Shown: in pieces, positions 13,370 through 30,111 of the stretch
Layout: each line of letters starts with the position of its first letter
Position numbering within the stretch: the stretch's first letter is position 1
Assembly (NCBI RefSeq): GCF_009914755.1
Contig: NC_060925.1
Direction: 5' to 3' (one strand)
Length of the DNA stretch: 64,000 nucleotides
Source: the human T2T-CHM13v2.0 reference genome, Homo sapiens
The notes under the pieces: model-generated
Seen by the model: the letters and a program-made list of their open reading frames with translations, nothing else
What the model was told of the DNA's origin: nothing
Databases searched by the model: none
Position numbers and translations under genes: made by a program

Positions 13370-13590
13370 ACTGTGTGCCAGTCCTATGCCAGGCTCTTGG
13401 CATGTCTTACATCAGAGTTACCCACACGGTAAGTCTGTGAAGGAGGTGTGATGCTCATCTTACAGAGAAGGCAACCAAGGCCTAGAGAGGTTAGAGAACT
13501 TGTCTAAGGTCACATGGCCAGTAGGTGACAACCTGGGCTTGGAACCCAAGTCTGACTCTGAAGCTTGGGCTCTGAAGGTGTGCACCACAC
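13370..13590 (-). mobile_element. MIR
   Basis: catcttacagagaaggcaaccaaggcctagagaggttagagaacttgtctaaggtcac. Confidence 0.7.
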
Positions 13591-13866
13591 TGCCAGACTC
13601 ATCAGGGCGTGTGGCTGGTCAGTGCAATGCCAGGACAGCGAAGACACTAGTCTGCCTGCACCAGAAGGCTAGCCTCAGGATATCAGGAAATCTTTCTGGA
13701 AAGGTAGGTAGCAGTCAGAATGGGAATGGCGCTGAATGCCAGGGCTAAGCAAGATGGGATTTACCCTGAGATATTGATGAGCAATTAAAGGTTTCAGAAC
13801 AAGGAAAGGACAAAATGACAGTAAGACCTAGGCATTCCCAAAGCAAAGTTACAGGCTCATGTCTGA

Positions 13867-14263
<397 letters not shown>

Positions 14264-14338
14264 AGCAACCTGGATTGTAATGCTGGCTTCTGTCTCCTTA
14301 ACTTGCTTTTACCAAACCAAACCTTCTCTTTTTGTTAG

Positions 14339-14409
14339 GCTGTGCAACCACAGTGCTGGTGACAGGGGCAGGAGTTGGCGAGATGGTGCTGCAGATGCTG
14401 GTTGGTTCG
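14339..14409 (+). CDS. MFSD4A: MFSD4A coding exon (GCATTVLVTGAGVGEMVLQMLVGS)
   Basis: tttttgttAG acceptor and TCG|GTATGT donor; 71 nt, phase 1 to 0, consistent with both neighbours. Confidence 0.94.
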
Positions 14410-15689
14410 GTATGTGGGGACCTGTAAGGGAGAGGGGAGCATTTGGGGAGCACTCCTCTGACAGGTGAGAAGATGCAGATAGCCACCTTCTGAACTCAAA
14501 CTGTCCCTTTCCTGAGTCTCCAGCAAAGCCAGCAGGGCCCCCTGTGCCGTTGTTACCTGTTTCCGTTTCCAAGCCAGCCCTGAGAGCTGAGCCTCCATAT
14601 GTGGGATCTGGAGATGTAAACGGATGCATGGAAAAGTCCAAAGCAAACACAAGCCATGTCTGGGAGCAGGGCCAGAGGGGGCCCGTGGGAATGCTGTTTA
14701 GCTCTCAGAGCCTGAGATGGGTTGGAACTGCAGTCAGAGTTCTTTTTCCATCCCTTCGGAACCCACCACTCCCTACCCCACCTCTCACAGCCTCTGGCCA
14801 CCCTGCAGAGGGCCCAGCTTCCTGCTCAACTCCTGCCCTGACCGAGAGGGCCAACTCTTCCAGTTCTATTCAAATCCACCCATGTTTCATTTATTCACCA
14901 GGAAAAAAAAAAAAACAACCTAACATCTACTTTTTATTGAATACTATAATGTAGATATTATTCCCCTTTTTACAACAGAGGACACGGAAACTCAGATGAA
15001 TTTAGCAACTTACCCTAGGTCAGTCACACTTCCAGAAACTGACAGAGAGGACCTCACATCTAGATCTTCCGGCCTCCAAAATCTCCCTCATTGTGACTCC
15101 ATTCTCCTTTCCTCCTCTTTTGCCCTGCTGGAGGGAGGGGAAGAGCTGCATCTCACCATACCCTCCTCATTGAAATGATGTGACATCTGGGACTTGCTTT
15201 AGTGTAACCTAGTGCAGAAAAGAAGTGCAAGGCCACCAATGAAACCGGTGCTGACTGCTAAAGTTGAGTGTTGGGTTCATTGGAGCTCCATATACTACTT
15301 TAACATGTTTTAAATTCTCATAATAAAAGAGTAAAACAATATATCCTCTGCAAAGTTCTGGTTAGGGCTTATGGGTATAGAAACACCTAGTATGACTGGA
15401 GCTTCAGTGATGATAGAGATTGTCAGAAGGTTCCAGAACACAGAGCTGCAAGGGACTGCAGGGGGTCACCAGGTCCAGTCCCTGCCTTAGAGCAGGACTT
15501 CGGCCTTCTCCAGACACATCAACTTGAAACAAGGCCAAGGCCTCCCTCCTCCCCGTGATTCCATCTCTTGGTGTGACGGGCCTCAACTTAGCTGAAAAAC
15601 CAGCCAAGGATGGAGAAGGCTGCTTCCTCCGATACACCTTCCACGTGAAGTTTTAATTGTCTGTCTCTCTGTGTTTTCCCCTTTGGCAG

Positions 15690-15810
15690 ATATTCCAGGC
15701 TCAGGGCAGCTATAGTTTCCTGGTCTGTGGCGTGATCTTTGGTTGTCTGGCTTTTACCTTCTATATCTTGCTCCTGTTTTTCCACAGGATGCACCCTGGA
15801 CTCCCATCAG
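15690..15810 (+). CDS. MFSD4A: MFSD4A coding exon (IFQAQGSYSF...HPGLPS)
   Basis: tttggcAG acceptor and CAG|GTAAGG donor; 121 nt; last TM helix. Confidence 0.95.
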
Positions 15811-16963
15811 GTAAGGAAAGTATCTGTTTCTACACAAGAGGAGGAAAACAGAGCCGGGGTCGGGGAGCGGGGAAGCAGGAGATGCTATGGATCTTAACGT
15901 GCCAGAAACGCTGCTCTGTTCCAAGTAAAATGCAAGGAAATGTTTATTTTTCTACAGCTTCCTTTTCCTCTCTTCCTGCTTTCCATACGATTGTCTGCGC
16001 TGGACTCTTAAGATAGGCGAGAGCTGGGTCGGCTGACTCATGGTTTCTCCATTAGCAGAGGGGTATGGATTGTGAACTTGGCTTCCTGCATCCCACCATG
16101 TCATGGGACCATGAGCCAAGAATCTCTTTCCAGCCTGTTCAGGGAACTGAAAGGCAGAGCCCGACTCCTTGGCTGGAACTCAGCCCAACGGCCTAATTGG
16201 CCATCTCTTTGCAGTTCAGGATTTTGATTCTAGTCCAAATCTTTTTTTCAAAAAGAAGTCCTTCAGGCCAAGTAGCAAAGAAAGTCTCCTTCAGGGCACA
16301 GACACCTCCTAAGAATAGTCTCCCTTCTAGAGACCCCAGGCAGGGGGAGTCCCAAAGCAATTTTCATAACCCTGAGCCCTTACCTGCCCTTTTGCCCACT
16401 GCTTTCAAAGTGCCCAGGGACTGCATCGGCTGTGTGCAAAGCCAGTTCTTAAGAGAAGGTGCCCAGGCGGAGACTCTGTCCTCCCTAAAAAAGCAAAATC
16501 ATCACAAAAAGACTAAAGGAACAGGCATTCACCATCCGCTCTCAGTGGGTGAACATATCTACGCTCTAAACGCTCAGTACAAAGGCCCAGAAGGAAAGGT
16601 GGCCCCCAAAACAGCACTAACTATAGCCTCACTTCTGAGACAGCAGTACTGGTTGCACACACACAGGAGTTTCATTTAAGACCTACATTCAATTAATATT
16701 TGCTGAACATTAAATGAATAACACTTAATGGGCTCCTTATTCATGGGAGACAGACACATTCCCCAAGCCCTAGACAGCAGTCTCAGGAAACTGCCTCCAC
16801 CAACTGTTCGCCAGAACTAGGGGGTCTGACTTTTCACTTTGCTCCCTCTAGAGCCACAGAATGGCAGAGAAACAAACAGCCTGGGTAAGCTCTCAGAATG
16901 AATCATCACTGCAACTCATCAGAGCTGCTGAAACATGCTACCTGTTTTGTTTTTCTTTTGTAG

Positions 16964-17019
16964 TTCCTACCCAAGACAGATCAATTGGAATGGAAAACTC
17001 TGAGTGCTACCAGAGGTAA
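16964..17019 (+). CDS. MFSD4A: MFSD4A last coding exon (VPTQDRSIGMENSECYQR*)
   Basis: Long T-rich tract plus tgtAG acceptor; phase 1 completes Val; TAA at 17017-17019. Confidence 0.93.
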
Positions 17020-17596
17020 AACTGGGTGAAGAAGGCAAGAGAAGACTTTCAGCCTCTTGATCACCAGCACGACCATACTGTTTCAGAAAGCTGGGTGGTG
17101 GTGGAGGCGCTCTCTCAATGGCTATTCAAGTCTTCTCCACTAAAACTTGGTTGGGTAGAGGAAATTAAATTGAGTCCTGGTACCTGGTCAAAATCATTAG
17201 AAGTTTACCTGGCTTCTCAAGTTATCTTCTTCCCTGGTTCAGACTGTTGGTAAGAGCTGTCCAGATACCCAGATGGGAAGGAAGGAGACAGCCGCGCGCT
17301 TCACTCCATTTGTCACCTCATGCATGGACCATACTCTGGGTTTGAGATCATTCTTCATTGAAGTTTGTAAAAATAGGTTGAAATTGTAAAGCTCCATGAT
17401 CATTGCTATATGTAGATATATTTCAATTTAAGCAAAACAAGCTGCAAGTTATTCCCTGGCATGCTCAAAGGATTTTCGTGCTTTTCACTTAATAGTCCAA
17501 AGTCTCTTAAATTCCTGCTGCAGACATCAATAGCTTATCTATATTCTCAAACACCAAAAGGAAAAGTTGAATCTTGCTCTCTTTGGTATACTAATG

Positions 17597-17990
17597 TAGT
17601 GGTATGCTAAGCTGGCTCATACCAACTTAGAAAAGCTGATTGTAAAATTTTCATTTTGACAGCTGGTTATTAAATGCAGCCATTATTAAAAATCAAATCA
17701 TACAAACTTATAATTAAATCAATTACATTTAAAACAAAGGTAATAAATATTCAAAGCATATCACTTCCTAATTTGATCTTGATGCTCTTGAGGTAATTTA
17801 CGTCCATGGTACCTGTGTGGTGGAATTACTATATATGATGGTGTGCTACTGTGCACCTTGTCTCAACTCCACTCTTCGTGATAGCATGTTGGTAGCTTGA
17901 AATCAGCCTGGTGGGAGTATTACCATGGACACTGGCAAAAGCTACAGATCCCGGAGAGCCAGTGGTTAAACATTTACCAGCATACCACTG
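17597..17990 (+). mobile_element. MER63-like hAT DNA transposon in the MFSD4A 3'UTR
   Basis: Termini tagtggtatgct...ccagcataccactg form TIRs; internal tggtagcttgaaatcagcc. Confidence 0.75.
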
Positions 17991-18100
17991 CTAGTAATCA
18001 AGGCTAACTGGTCCAGAAATCGCCCAGGAGAATGAAATGGATGTTCCATTTTTTTCTACTGACATTGACTAGCATATAAAAGGTATAGAAACAGCACTAA

Positions 18101-18440
<340 letters not shown>

Positions 18441-18884
18441 AAAAATTTTACATCTTTTATAGAGGGAAAAAAACTCTTTATACCATGGCAAGGCCTTTTC
18501 TTTCACAAAAAGCTGGGCCTACTGAACAATTCAAGCTGTGCAGTAGTAGACTGAAAGCAGGATTTGTTGAGGAGTTACAGCTCCTGTCCAGAGCAAATCC
18601 TGTAGTGATACAAGGAGAATGTAAACTTGCCAGCTTAGACAGGGATCAGTCCTGAGACTGCTGGCAGTAGCAAATGGCTATTAGAGTAACTGTATAATGG
18701 TTTTGCCTGCACTTTCTCTATGTATATACAAATGTACATGTATAAATATAAAAATTAAGTGATCATGGTTCTTGGTAACCTGTCCCAAGTGCTGTGATTC
18801 ACACGCCTGACACTAAAAGGTTCTTCCTGGTCCAGTCAGCCAGCTGTGACCACCAGCAGCACAGCTGAGTGCTGAGAATCTGGC

Positions 18885-19102
18885 TGGAAAGAGAAACGTG
18901 GCTCAAGTGCTGGCTCACCTTCTAGCTGTGTGGCCCTGGGCAGGTTACTGAGGCTCTTCCAACCTCACTTTTCACATGTAAAATGGCATTTCTAAAAGTA
19001 CCTACCCTACCTCAAAGGAATTCTGAAAAAAGTAAGTGAATTTGTATAAAGCAAAGCACTCACAATATGCCTGACACACAAACTGCTTAATAAATGTTAG
19101 TA
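18885..19102 (+). mobile_element. MIR in the MFSD4A 3'UTR
   Basis: ctagctgtgtggccctgggcaggttac...tgtaaaatgg...cttaataaatgttag. Confidence 0.7.
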
Positions 19103-20113
19103 ATTTTTAAAACCTCCTCATAAGCGGCTTAGAAATTATTCATGTTTGGTACATATTTATTGCAAGTCAAGCAGATCCAACTTTTTTGAAAGCTGGTGGT
19201 CTAGGAGTATAGTTTTAATTATATTTGTAAATACTCAAAAGTATTAGATGCCAGTCTAATTTAAATGCAGTCTGACTGTAGCGAGTAACTGACCTGGGCA
19301 ATGAAAAAGCAGTTGTATTTTTCTTGTGGTTTTTCAAGAAAATATCCTTTTTATACAGATTTAGAAAGAAGAATCAATGGCTATATCGAAGTTGATTGTG
19401 ACTAATTTGTTAATACAGAAAACAACATTAACACAAATCTAAGAGTACCTTTCCTAAAATAAAATATTTAAACTTATTAAGTGTGTTATCCATTATGAAG
19501 AACAATTGATCCTCTTGCATACACTCAGAAACAAATGGTCTGATGTTCCCCAGAGGCAGGTCTCTCTCATACTAATAAGTTAATGTGGCTTATATTTTAG
19601 AAGAAAGAAAACTGTCTCACAAGGGAAACTCTGAATTTTTTTAAAAAAAGATAAATAAATAAATAAATAAATAACCTCTCATAGCAGGGCTAAGTGCCAC
19701 TATTCCCTATTACATAAAATCAGAATAAGGAATAAGGAAAAGGCAGGTCGATTCTTACACCACACGCTTCTCAGTTACACAAGTAGGACTTTCTTCCTCA
19801 TCTTCCTTTCAGGAATTTGGACATTTCAGAATCCTGTGGAATCACCCTGTTCCCAGATTTTCCTCTGCTACTTGTATATGGAAATCTAACCCATCAGGCA
19901 CATCGGATTCACTAAAAGAAGACACAGTGACATAGAGTTCTTTTAGAGTGAATTTCGTTTATTCAGTCAAAAAGGATTTGTTAAGCACCTGCTATGTTCA
20001 AGGCACTAATCTAGGTACAGACATACAGTGGTGACTGAGACAGAAGTCCCTGCCTCACAAGGATTATACCGCAGGTGAAGACATACAGACAGCAAACAAA
20101 TACTACACGTAAC

Positions 20114-20328
20114 ATGCCACAGGGTGAGGGGTAATGTAGCACCATAAAGAAACATACATACAGGGAATATGGAATAGGATATGGGAATGCCACAGGGTGA
20201 GGGGTAATGTAGCACCATAAAGAAACATACATACAGGGAATATGGAATAGGATATGGGAATGCCACAGGGTGAGGGGTAATGTAGCACCATAAAGAAACA
20301 TACAGGGAGTATGGAATGGGAATAGGGA
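20114..20328. repeat. 73-bp tandem repeat, ~3 copies
   Basis: Units start at 20114, 20187 and 20260; the first two are identical, the third is diverged at its 3' end. Confidence 0.95.
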
Positions 20329-20344
20329 ATGTCGAGATGCTCTA

Positions 20345-20684
<340 letters not shown>

Positions 20685-21147
20685 CTAAGGAGGTCCTATT
20701 TGTGTAGAAAACTAAATGATACGTGGGACCAAGCTATCCAAGTACGTGAAAACATCCCATCAGGCAGGGGGCACAGCAAGTACAAGAGCCTTAGGCTGGA
20801 ATATGCTTATGGTATTGGAGGAACAGCAAGTAGGCTGGTGTGGCTCAACTGCAGTGAGGAAGAGTCAAACGGAACAAGTGGGAGTGGTTGCTAGAGGCCA
20901 GATCATACAAGCCATGGTATGTGTAGAGGTTTTTTGGAGTGATGTAAGATGACTGGAAGAGTTGTGAGCAGGCAAGCGACACGATCTGATTTACATATCT
21001 AAAGTATCACTGGTTACTATGGAAAAGAGACTATGGGGCAAGCATGGAATTGGGAAGACCACCTGGGTACCACTGCAATAGACTGAAGAAATAATGGTGG
21101 CTTGGAAATGTAGATAGCAACGGAAGTGGTGAAAGTGATTGGATTCA

Positions 21148-21553
<406 letters not shown>

Positions 21554-22079
21554 CTAAGTAACTGGGTACATGATGAAGCCATTTAACTCTGGAAGGCCAT
21601 GGGGAGACATTCTGAGTTCTATTTTGGACATGATCATCTTATGATGCAATCTTGGATGTCAAGAAGGCTGTTAGATATAGAAGTCTAGAGTTTAAAAGAG
21701 AAGTCAAAGCTGAAGATACAAATTTTGTGGTCACATAAAGAAGTATTTAAAGTCATAGGACTAAAATGACACAAGCTAGGGAATGAATGTAGAGATGGAC
21801 AGATTGAGCCCTGGGATTCTTCAACATCTAGAGTTTTAGAAAAAGAACAAGTCCCAGCAGCGCACATGAGAAAAGCCAGAGAAATAGGAAGTTCAGGAGA
21901 AAATGTGGTTTCCTGGAGGGCACATGAAGTGCATCTCAAGAAGGAGTTAAGTAATCAGTGCTGCCAAGAGGTCCAATGAACACCGAATGTCAACCACCAG
22001 ATGTGGCAACATGTAAGGCAATATGACCTTGACCAAAGAAGATAGTTTTGGTTAATTATGGTGACATATTCAAAACATA

Positions 22080-22232
22080 TGGTGGTGGCTCATGCCTGTA
22101 ATCTCAGTGCTTTGGGAAGCCAAGGTGGGAGGATCATTTGAGCCCTGAAGTTTGAGGCTGCAGTGAGCCATGACTGTGCCACTGCACTTCAGACTGGGTG
22201 ACAGCACGGTTGACCCCAAAACAAAACAAAAA
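22080..22232 (+). mobile_element. Alu monomer (FRAM/FLAM-like)
   Basis: Single arm. Confidence 0.8.
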
Positions 22233-22298
22233 ACATGGGAACCATCCAATGGACTCCTTAACACCAATGCTTGTCAGCTGACTGGCACAGCTGTTTGA

Positions 22299-22602
<304 letters not shown>

Positions 22603-22892
22603 CACTCCTGTTTCATTTAATAAAATGAAGTCACTTTCATAGACTCCCTGCAGTTACAGGGGGTCGGTCGTCCAGTTAGTACAGTGTTTTGTAGCAACAA
22701 TCAATGTGAAATCATCTAACTGTTAATTATTGTCTCCTACCTGATAATGCCAACCCTGGAAAATTACCCAATATTAGGGTATTAGTTTGTCATTAAACGC
22801 ACCTATAAAACACAGAAAGTGCTTGCAAAACAGGTAGGCTTCTCAAAATAAGTGTCAACAGTCAGAAAGGTTAGAAAACGGTGGTGACTTAA

Positions 22893-23191
<299 letters not shown>

Positions 23192-23456
23192 TAAACAGGC
23201 TTTTTAACTGAAGGACTTGGCACTTTTCATATTCTGAAATTTCCTTTTGAATTTCCGTGAAGAACCCATTTCCCAAACTGATTTTACCTCGTGGGACTAC
23301 CGTCGCAGTTGATACTCTGAGAGCAGTGTGTTAGGAGCATGCAGTAGTCCTCACTGTGCTCCACATGCTGACTGACCCACCAACCAAAGTGACATTTCAC
23401 CCATTTCACCAGGGTAGTGAACTGCCCCCTTTGCCCCAGAACAATCTGTCACTCTA

Positions 23457-23862
<406 letters not shown>

Positions 23863-23935
23863 CTAAAAAAGCCTAATTTCATTTGCTAAGTGAAGTCTAC
23901 ATTGCTTTTTACAAGGGCTAGATAAAAGCCTCTGA

Positions 23936-24301
<366 letters not shown>

Positions 24302-24594
24302 TGAATATTTTTTCTAGCCACTCAGTTCTCTCTTAATTCCTTTTATGTCAACAATCATTTTACAATCTCCCCTGTTCACCACCTATCTGAATCTAGACTT
24401 TAAATATTTTAATGTAGATACATGTCAAATTGTTGAAGGCCAGATTTTAATGATAGCCATTGGGAAAACAACTCTTTCCTGACCCACAGTTAGCATGGAT
24501 GAAAATGTAATACAGAGACTGTAAAGAGACCACCTCAATGAATGTGAGAGAAGGGAATAAATAATCAATTCAGAAAATCATTTTGTTAAAAATA

Positions 24595-24600
24595 TTTATT
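24595..24600 (-). terminator. ELK4 distal polyadenylation signal
   Basis: tttatt on + (AATAAA on -) at the edge of the unique UTR block, next to an Alu-dense block. Confidence 0.75.
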
Positions 24601-27410
24601 TAAAAAAATACAACTGCTGTCCATATCTAGTTGCACATATATCTATTAACATATATGTATACTTTTAGACTTGTAGTAAATTTGCTACAGTGCTTTTGTA
24701 AAGCCAGCCTGCATTATACAAAGCAAATTCCTCTGTCAGTTCTTACATAAAATAGATTTTTAAAAATGTATATCTTTCCTAAAAGATGCATATCACCATT
24801 ATAGAATTTAACAAAATTTTTGCATAAAACCTGGGAAGTGATAGAAAAAATGATCACCTGATTGGTCAGAGCAACCCCTTACTATGTCTGGAGATGCACT
24901 GAGTATCAACTACACATTTTTTTTTTCAAGCAGCATATTATTATAAAGCCCTCAAAGTGCTTTTGCATCCTTTCGCTCACCTCTCTACACTCTATAAAGT
25001 TTCTCTGCCGTATACAGATAGAATTCAAGACTCTAGCTACAATCATCCTAATCAATCTTAGAGCAATATCCCTTTGTTTCCCAACAGGTAAGTCAGACTG
25101 CTTAGCTAGGAGATGTGGCAGCTTCCCTCCAGCTGTTTCATCAACTAACATGAAGTTTAATAAATGTTAGCAGTGACCATTTTAATTGCTTTTTTAGGAA
25201 AAAGAAAAAAAAAAGGTGCTTTTAATACTTTGAAGGTGCTTTTTAGGTCTCCCTAATGTAAATTATGCTGAAATCAACTAAGACGAGCTATTATTAACAC
25301 TTTAACAGTTATCCATTCCTCTGGGTAGGTGTGCACTTACATTATATGTAAGTATCTCTACAAAGTGTTAGATACTGGATATGAGATACAGATTTCAATA
25401 AAACAAGGGAAAAAATAAGCAATGAAGTAACTGTCTTCTCAGTTGAGCTGACAGGTTTGAAGAAAGCACTCTTGACATGTTCTTACTACCACATATCCCA
25501 AACTAAGACATACACATAAAATAACATATCTCTCCTGTGTTAACACTGATGGAGACGCACTGCAATAGTCCCATGGCAGACATATGCTTTTCTTCTGAAT
25601 TACAGATTGGCTTAATGAAAATTAAGAGTTTATTATTAAGCATCTTTTAATTTTTAAGTGATGTTCATACTTGACGGTTCAGAAACTGCCACTGCCACTG
25701 TGGTTAAATCACTTGGTGTATGGAATTTAAAATAATCTAACCTAGAGCTATTTCCCATTAATCAAACTCATCCCTAATTGTCTCTTAGGAAGGTCTTCTT
25801 TAAAGAAGATCGAGTAGGGCTCATGAAAAATTATTGGTTTGTTCTTCAAAATGCAAAGTTACATACCCTTATTTTTTAGCCAATTTGATTATTTGGTAAA
25901 GCAAGGGCATAATTTTAAGAAACTAATTTTAATCAAAAATTTTTACTTGCCTCAAACTAAAGCTAACCAGTAGCAAAATGACTGGACTGAATTTCATATT
26001 TAATCTTCCCTGCCCACAAAGATAAATGAAACTGCTCAAAGGCAAAAATAAAGAAATATAATTGTGATTAGAAAAGATCCAGGGCCAAAACAAATAAATA
26101 GGCCTCAAGGAATAAAAAATTAATTGTATTCGTTTCTTTTCTATCTTTACATATACGCATCTGTCAATTTCACTAATACTGAACAGGGAAGTTCATAAAA
26201 ATGCTACTCTACCACTTAAACAATAAATGTAAGCAATGAATGTACATACAAAGGCCACTGGTTAATACTGCCCCAAGTAACAAAACAATGAAATGTCAGG
26301 ATTGTGTCCCCTACACAATAGACAATAAGCAACAATGACCAAACAGAAAAGAAACTTAAAATTGGATACTTTATAAATTTAAGTGTAATCTATCAATTGC
26401 AAATTATTTTTAAAAATCGTAAATTTCTACAAAGCACAATATTAAAAGCTTGCAAATTATTTTAAAATATCCTAGCCAAAAGGGCATACCTTACAGAGCC
26501 TAGAAGAATGGCTCATTAGGTAACCCATTTATCCCTTCTACAAACACCCTATAAATTCCAGAAAACATAAACAAGAAATAAACCTTACTTCTCTGACCCT
26601 CAATATCCTTAAGTTGAAATTAAACAAACAAAATAATCATTAAGTGCTTCCAGTTATTAAAAATGAAACAGTGCTAATATTGGTGCCCAAGAAAGTGCCA
26701 AGTGATTAACACCAATATATGGCATTCCCACCCCTGAACTTTAGGCATTCTTGAATGATTCCATTGGCTAGAACTCTGGGCCAGCCACAGGAAACCCCCA
26801 CCTCCTCCCCGACCCCATCCAGAAGATCCCAGGCCTATGTGAGCATGACTCACAATCCTTGGAAGGGAAAAGAACCAGAAGGAGCCTTTATGAGATGGGA
26901 AACAAGGCAAAGTTGAGAAGATCATTCAGCCCAAGACACTCCACTCTGAGGTTTTGGCTAATACTAATGACATACAGTTTAAAAGGATAAATTAGGCCAC
27001 AATACCAGCATTCCTCCACTACTGTATTCAATCCATGGTCGAATCTCTGTACTTTAGAAATACTGCTTCCAGTATAAACCTCCTCTTTGAGAAACTTACA
27101 AACTAATAAAGATTTTACACAAAAGCAAACATAAATGTAGAAATTTTAAGAAAGGACATCCTTATTTGCTCAATAATACATGAACCTAAGAGAACAGTTT
27201 ACTATGACTTTGTTTAGAGTATGTCACATGTAAGCAGTGTATTTCTAAAATGTTGGTGAGCAATTCATCTTTAAGGCCTACTGAAATGTGCAAAGCATTA
27301 ATCTTTTAAAAAGTGGCAACTGCAAAGTGCAGCAAATTTTTTTAAGTTTTAGTATAAAATAGACTAGGAGCCATCAATGTATGTTCCCTATGAAAACAGA
27401 TTTACACGCG

Positions 27411-27430
27411 CACACACACACACACACACA
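27411..27430. repeat. (CA)10 microsatellite in the ELK4 3'UTR
   Basis: Read directly. Confidence 0.9.
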
Positions 27431-29822
27431 TTCAGTCAATACATCAGTATATATGCATACACATACATTTACTAGGACAATAAATCAGAATGACTTGGAA
27501 AAAGAAATGGTCTAGTCTCCCAATTAAATATTTCAAAGTAAAGTTTTCAACCTCATAAAACTTCCTGATGTGGACTATACTCAAATGATTAGCACTCAAG
27601 AGATTAACTATGTTTGATTGTATCCCTCATGAATTTTCTTGTTAAAAGTTTCCTTTAAAATTATGTCAACAACAGCATGAATTTCCTGTTTTCTGTAGAA
27701 AGCTTAGAGCCAGTATTTCCCCTCTCATACAAACCACTCTGGATTTTCATATTTCACAATAAGTAAGTGTGGATGGCAGCACCTTAGAAATTGCTATTTT
27801 CTGGCAGGCTATCAATCTATCATAATTTTTTTCAGAGAAGTGACTTGAAGAAACTGACAGTTTCAAATGAAACAATTATACTACCATTAACGATTCACCT
27901 TTCAGATTTGCTCGGCTTACAGGTCAAAACATGACTTGTATAGTAACAGGTTCCACCAAGTACAAGAAATAAAATCAAACCACCTTCTTTTCTTAATACA
28001 CGACCAACCACAAGAATTCTAGATCCTAAGATTAAACTTCAACTTCAGTAAGCAGAGTTCTGATGACATAAGAGGAATAACAGGGCACTTTGTTTCAGGC
28101 AATGCCAGCAACATTAAAACAATAACAAAACATTTGTTGATCCCAAACCAAGAATATAATTCTATTTTCCACAGAACCCAGTCTCTGGTTAGAGTACCTG
28201 CTGAAGAAAGACAACTATGGCTGACCTCCACACTTCACTTACACTACTATGGACTGAACAATTAACTTCTCAATACTATTTTAGAAATAATATATTCTAT
28301 CATAGCTTCAGATGACACACTACATCATGAGTAGTATTTTAACTTTCCTATTGGTTTGGTAATTCATTTAGAGCCCCAGATTTCTGCACAGAGACCTGCA
28401 TTGGTCTCCAAACTTGTTTTCATACCTAAGAATGGCACCTAAGCACGATTCTAGACTCCTGGCACGGGTAAATAAAACATATACAGTCAATGAGGTTAAA
28501 AACAGAACAGACCTATAAAGAAAAGTATTCCTTTAGTTGCTGAAATATCAGATTTTAAAAATCAAAAACTTATTAATGCAGCAAGAAAATGTAACTTGTT
28601 ATATATTTTAACATAAAGCAACTTGAAATAATTCTAAATTTGTTGGTAAAATATAACATAAGTCCCAAAGAAGTCTGTGAGCAGACTAGTAAAATAAAAA
28701 TAGAGTCATACCTAACATGAAGATAAGAGACAACAGGCTGACGAAAGTAATAGGAATAAAGCTGTGGAAAACATGTGGTAATGGATTATTATTTGGGAAT
28801 TTATCAAAAAGAATTAATGTGAAATTTCAAAAGTTGACAATAAGCTCTCCTGAAAAACTCCAAATCTCTAGGATTTCTCCATATATCATAAGAGAGCATC
28901 ATATATGTTTGGAGATTAGAATGAGAATATCCTGAGTCAGCAGTCTTTAGGAAAAGCGTGTGCTTCTGGAGGGTGCACAAGACAACCAACTGGGGTGTGG
29001 GAAGAAAATACTATAACTGCTACTCAAGAATTACTTTTTATGCCATCCTTCACTTCAATTTTTGTGTATTTTTTTATAACACACATATTACTTTGGTATA
29101 GCGGTATATAATTTAACATATACCCATATGAATTTTTAATAGGGAAAGTTTTTATGTTCAATAACTCTTACTGATCAATTTGTGTGTTCAAAAAGGCTGG
29201 ACACTCCTTTTCTGAACCACTGCTTCAGAGGTATTGAGAAGTGGTACTGAGTGGCTCTAAATGTGCTTACATTCACCAAAAACATAAAAGGACACCTTTA
29301 AGAACTTAAGAATCATAGTAGAAAGTCAGATCAGGATGAAACAATGTTGTCAGACTGGACGTCACACAATGCAGGGGTGAATGGAACTGAAGTGATACTA
29401 TCAACAGCCTGGAGTTACAGCTCCAGAATTCCAAACCTCTGATTTACTTAAGTCAGTCTTGACTTTTAAAATCTGTAATATAGTATGTAAATCTTCAAGG
29501 AATTTTCCAGTTAAAAAAAATCCAGTAGCCTAATAGAGGCTCATAGGTTTACTGTCCCTATCAAAATTTCAACTGTCAAAATGTGGGAAAAAATTAAACT
29601 CATATTTTAACTCTAAGAAGCTTACGGTTGACCTTTCAAGGGCCTCTAATTCTTTTTTTTTTTTCCTGACCGTACTCCTCAAAATCCAGATTGTTTGTGC
29701 ATACATTTAAAAAAAAAAAATCAATGGAAATTTCCACCTTTGTTCGAACACATAAAGTATGCCATGAGCAATATAACATCACAAACGTACTGTGACAAAC
29801 CATTAATAAAGAAGGATTACTA

Positions 29823-29950
29823 AGCCAGGTGTGGTGGTGCATGCCTGTAGCCCAGCTATGCAGGAGGCTGAGGCAGGAGGATCACTTGAGCCCGGGAGTT
29901 TGAGTCCACCCTGGGTAACACACCAAGACTCCATCTCTAAAAAATTAAAT
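29823..29950 (+). mobile_element. Alu monomer in the ELK4 3'UTR
   Basis: Single arm; TSD aaggattact. Confidence 0.85.
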
Positions 29951-30111
29951 TAAAGGATTACTGAAAGATCTCATTTCTAAAAAAAGAAAAAGAAAAAGAT
30001 CACTGAAGTCAGACATGATATTTTAATTTTGTATTTTGAAAAGTCAGTATATAAATAAGAAAAAATTATTTTAGAAATTATGTGAAAATCCACTCTTGGG
30101 TGGAGTAAATG

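Noticed and set aside
16197-16679. 160-aa intronic ORF (also 6622-7122, 166 aa)
   Set aside because: Non-ATG starts, no recognisable domain or splice support; the second overlaps L2-like sequence
20114-20328. Regular repeat resembling a CRISPR array
   Set aside because: Head-to-tail units with no unique spacers, no cas genes, mammalian context
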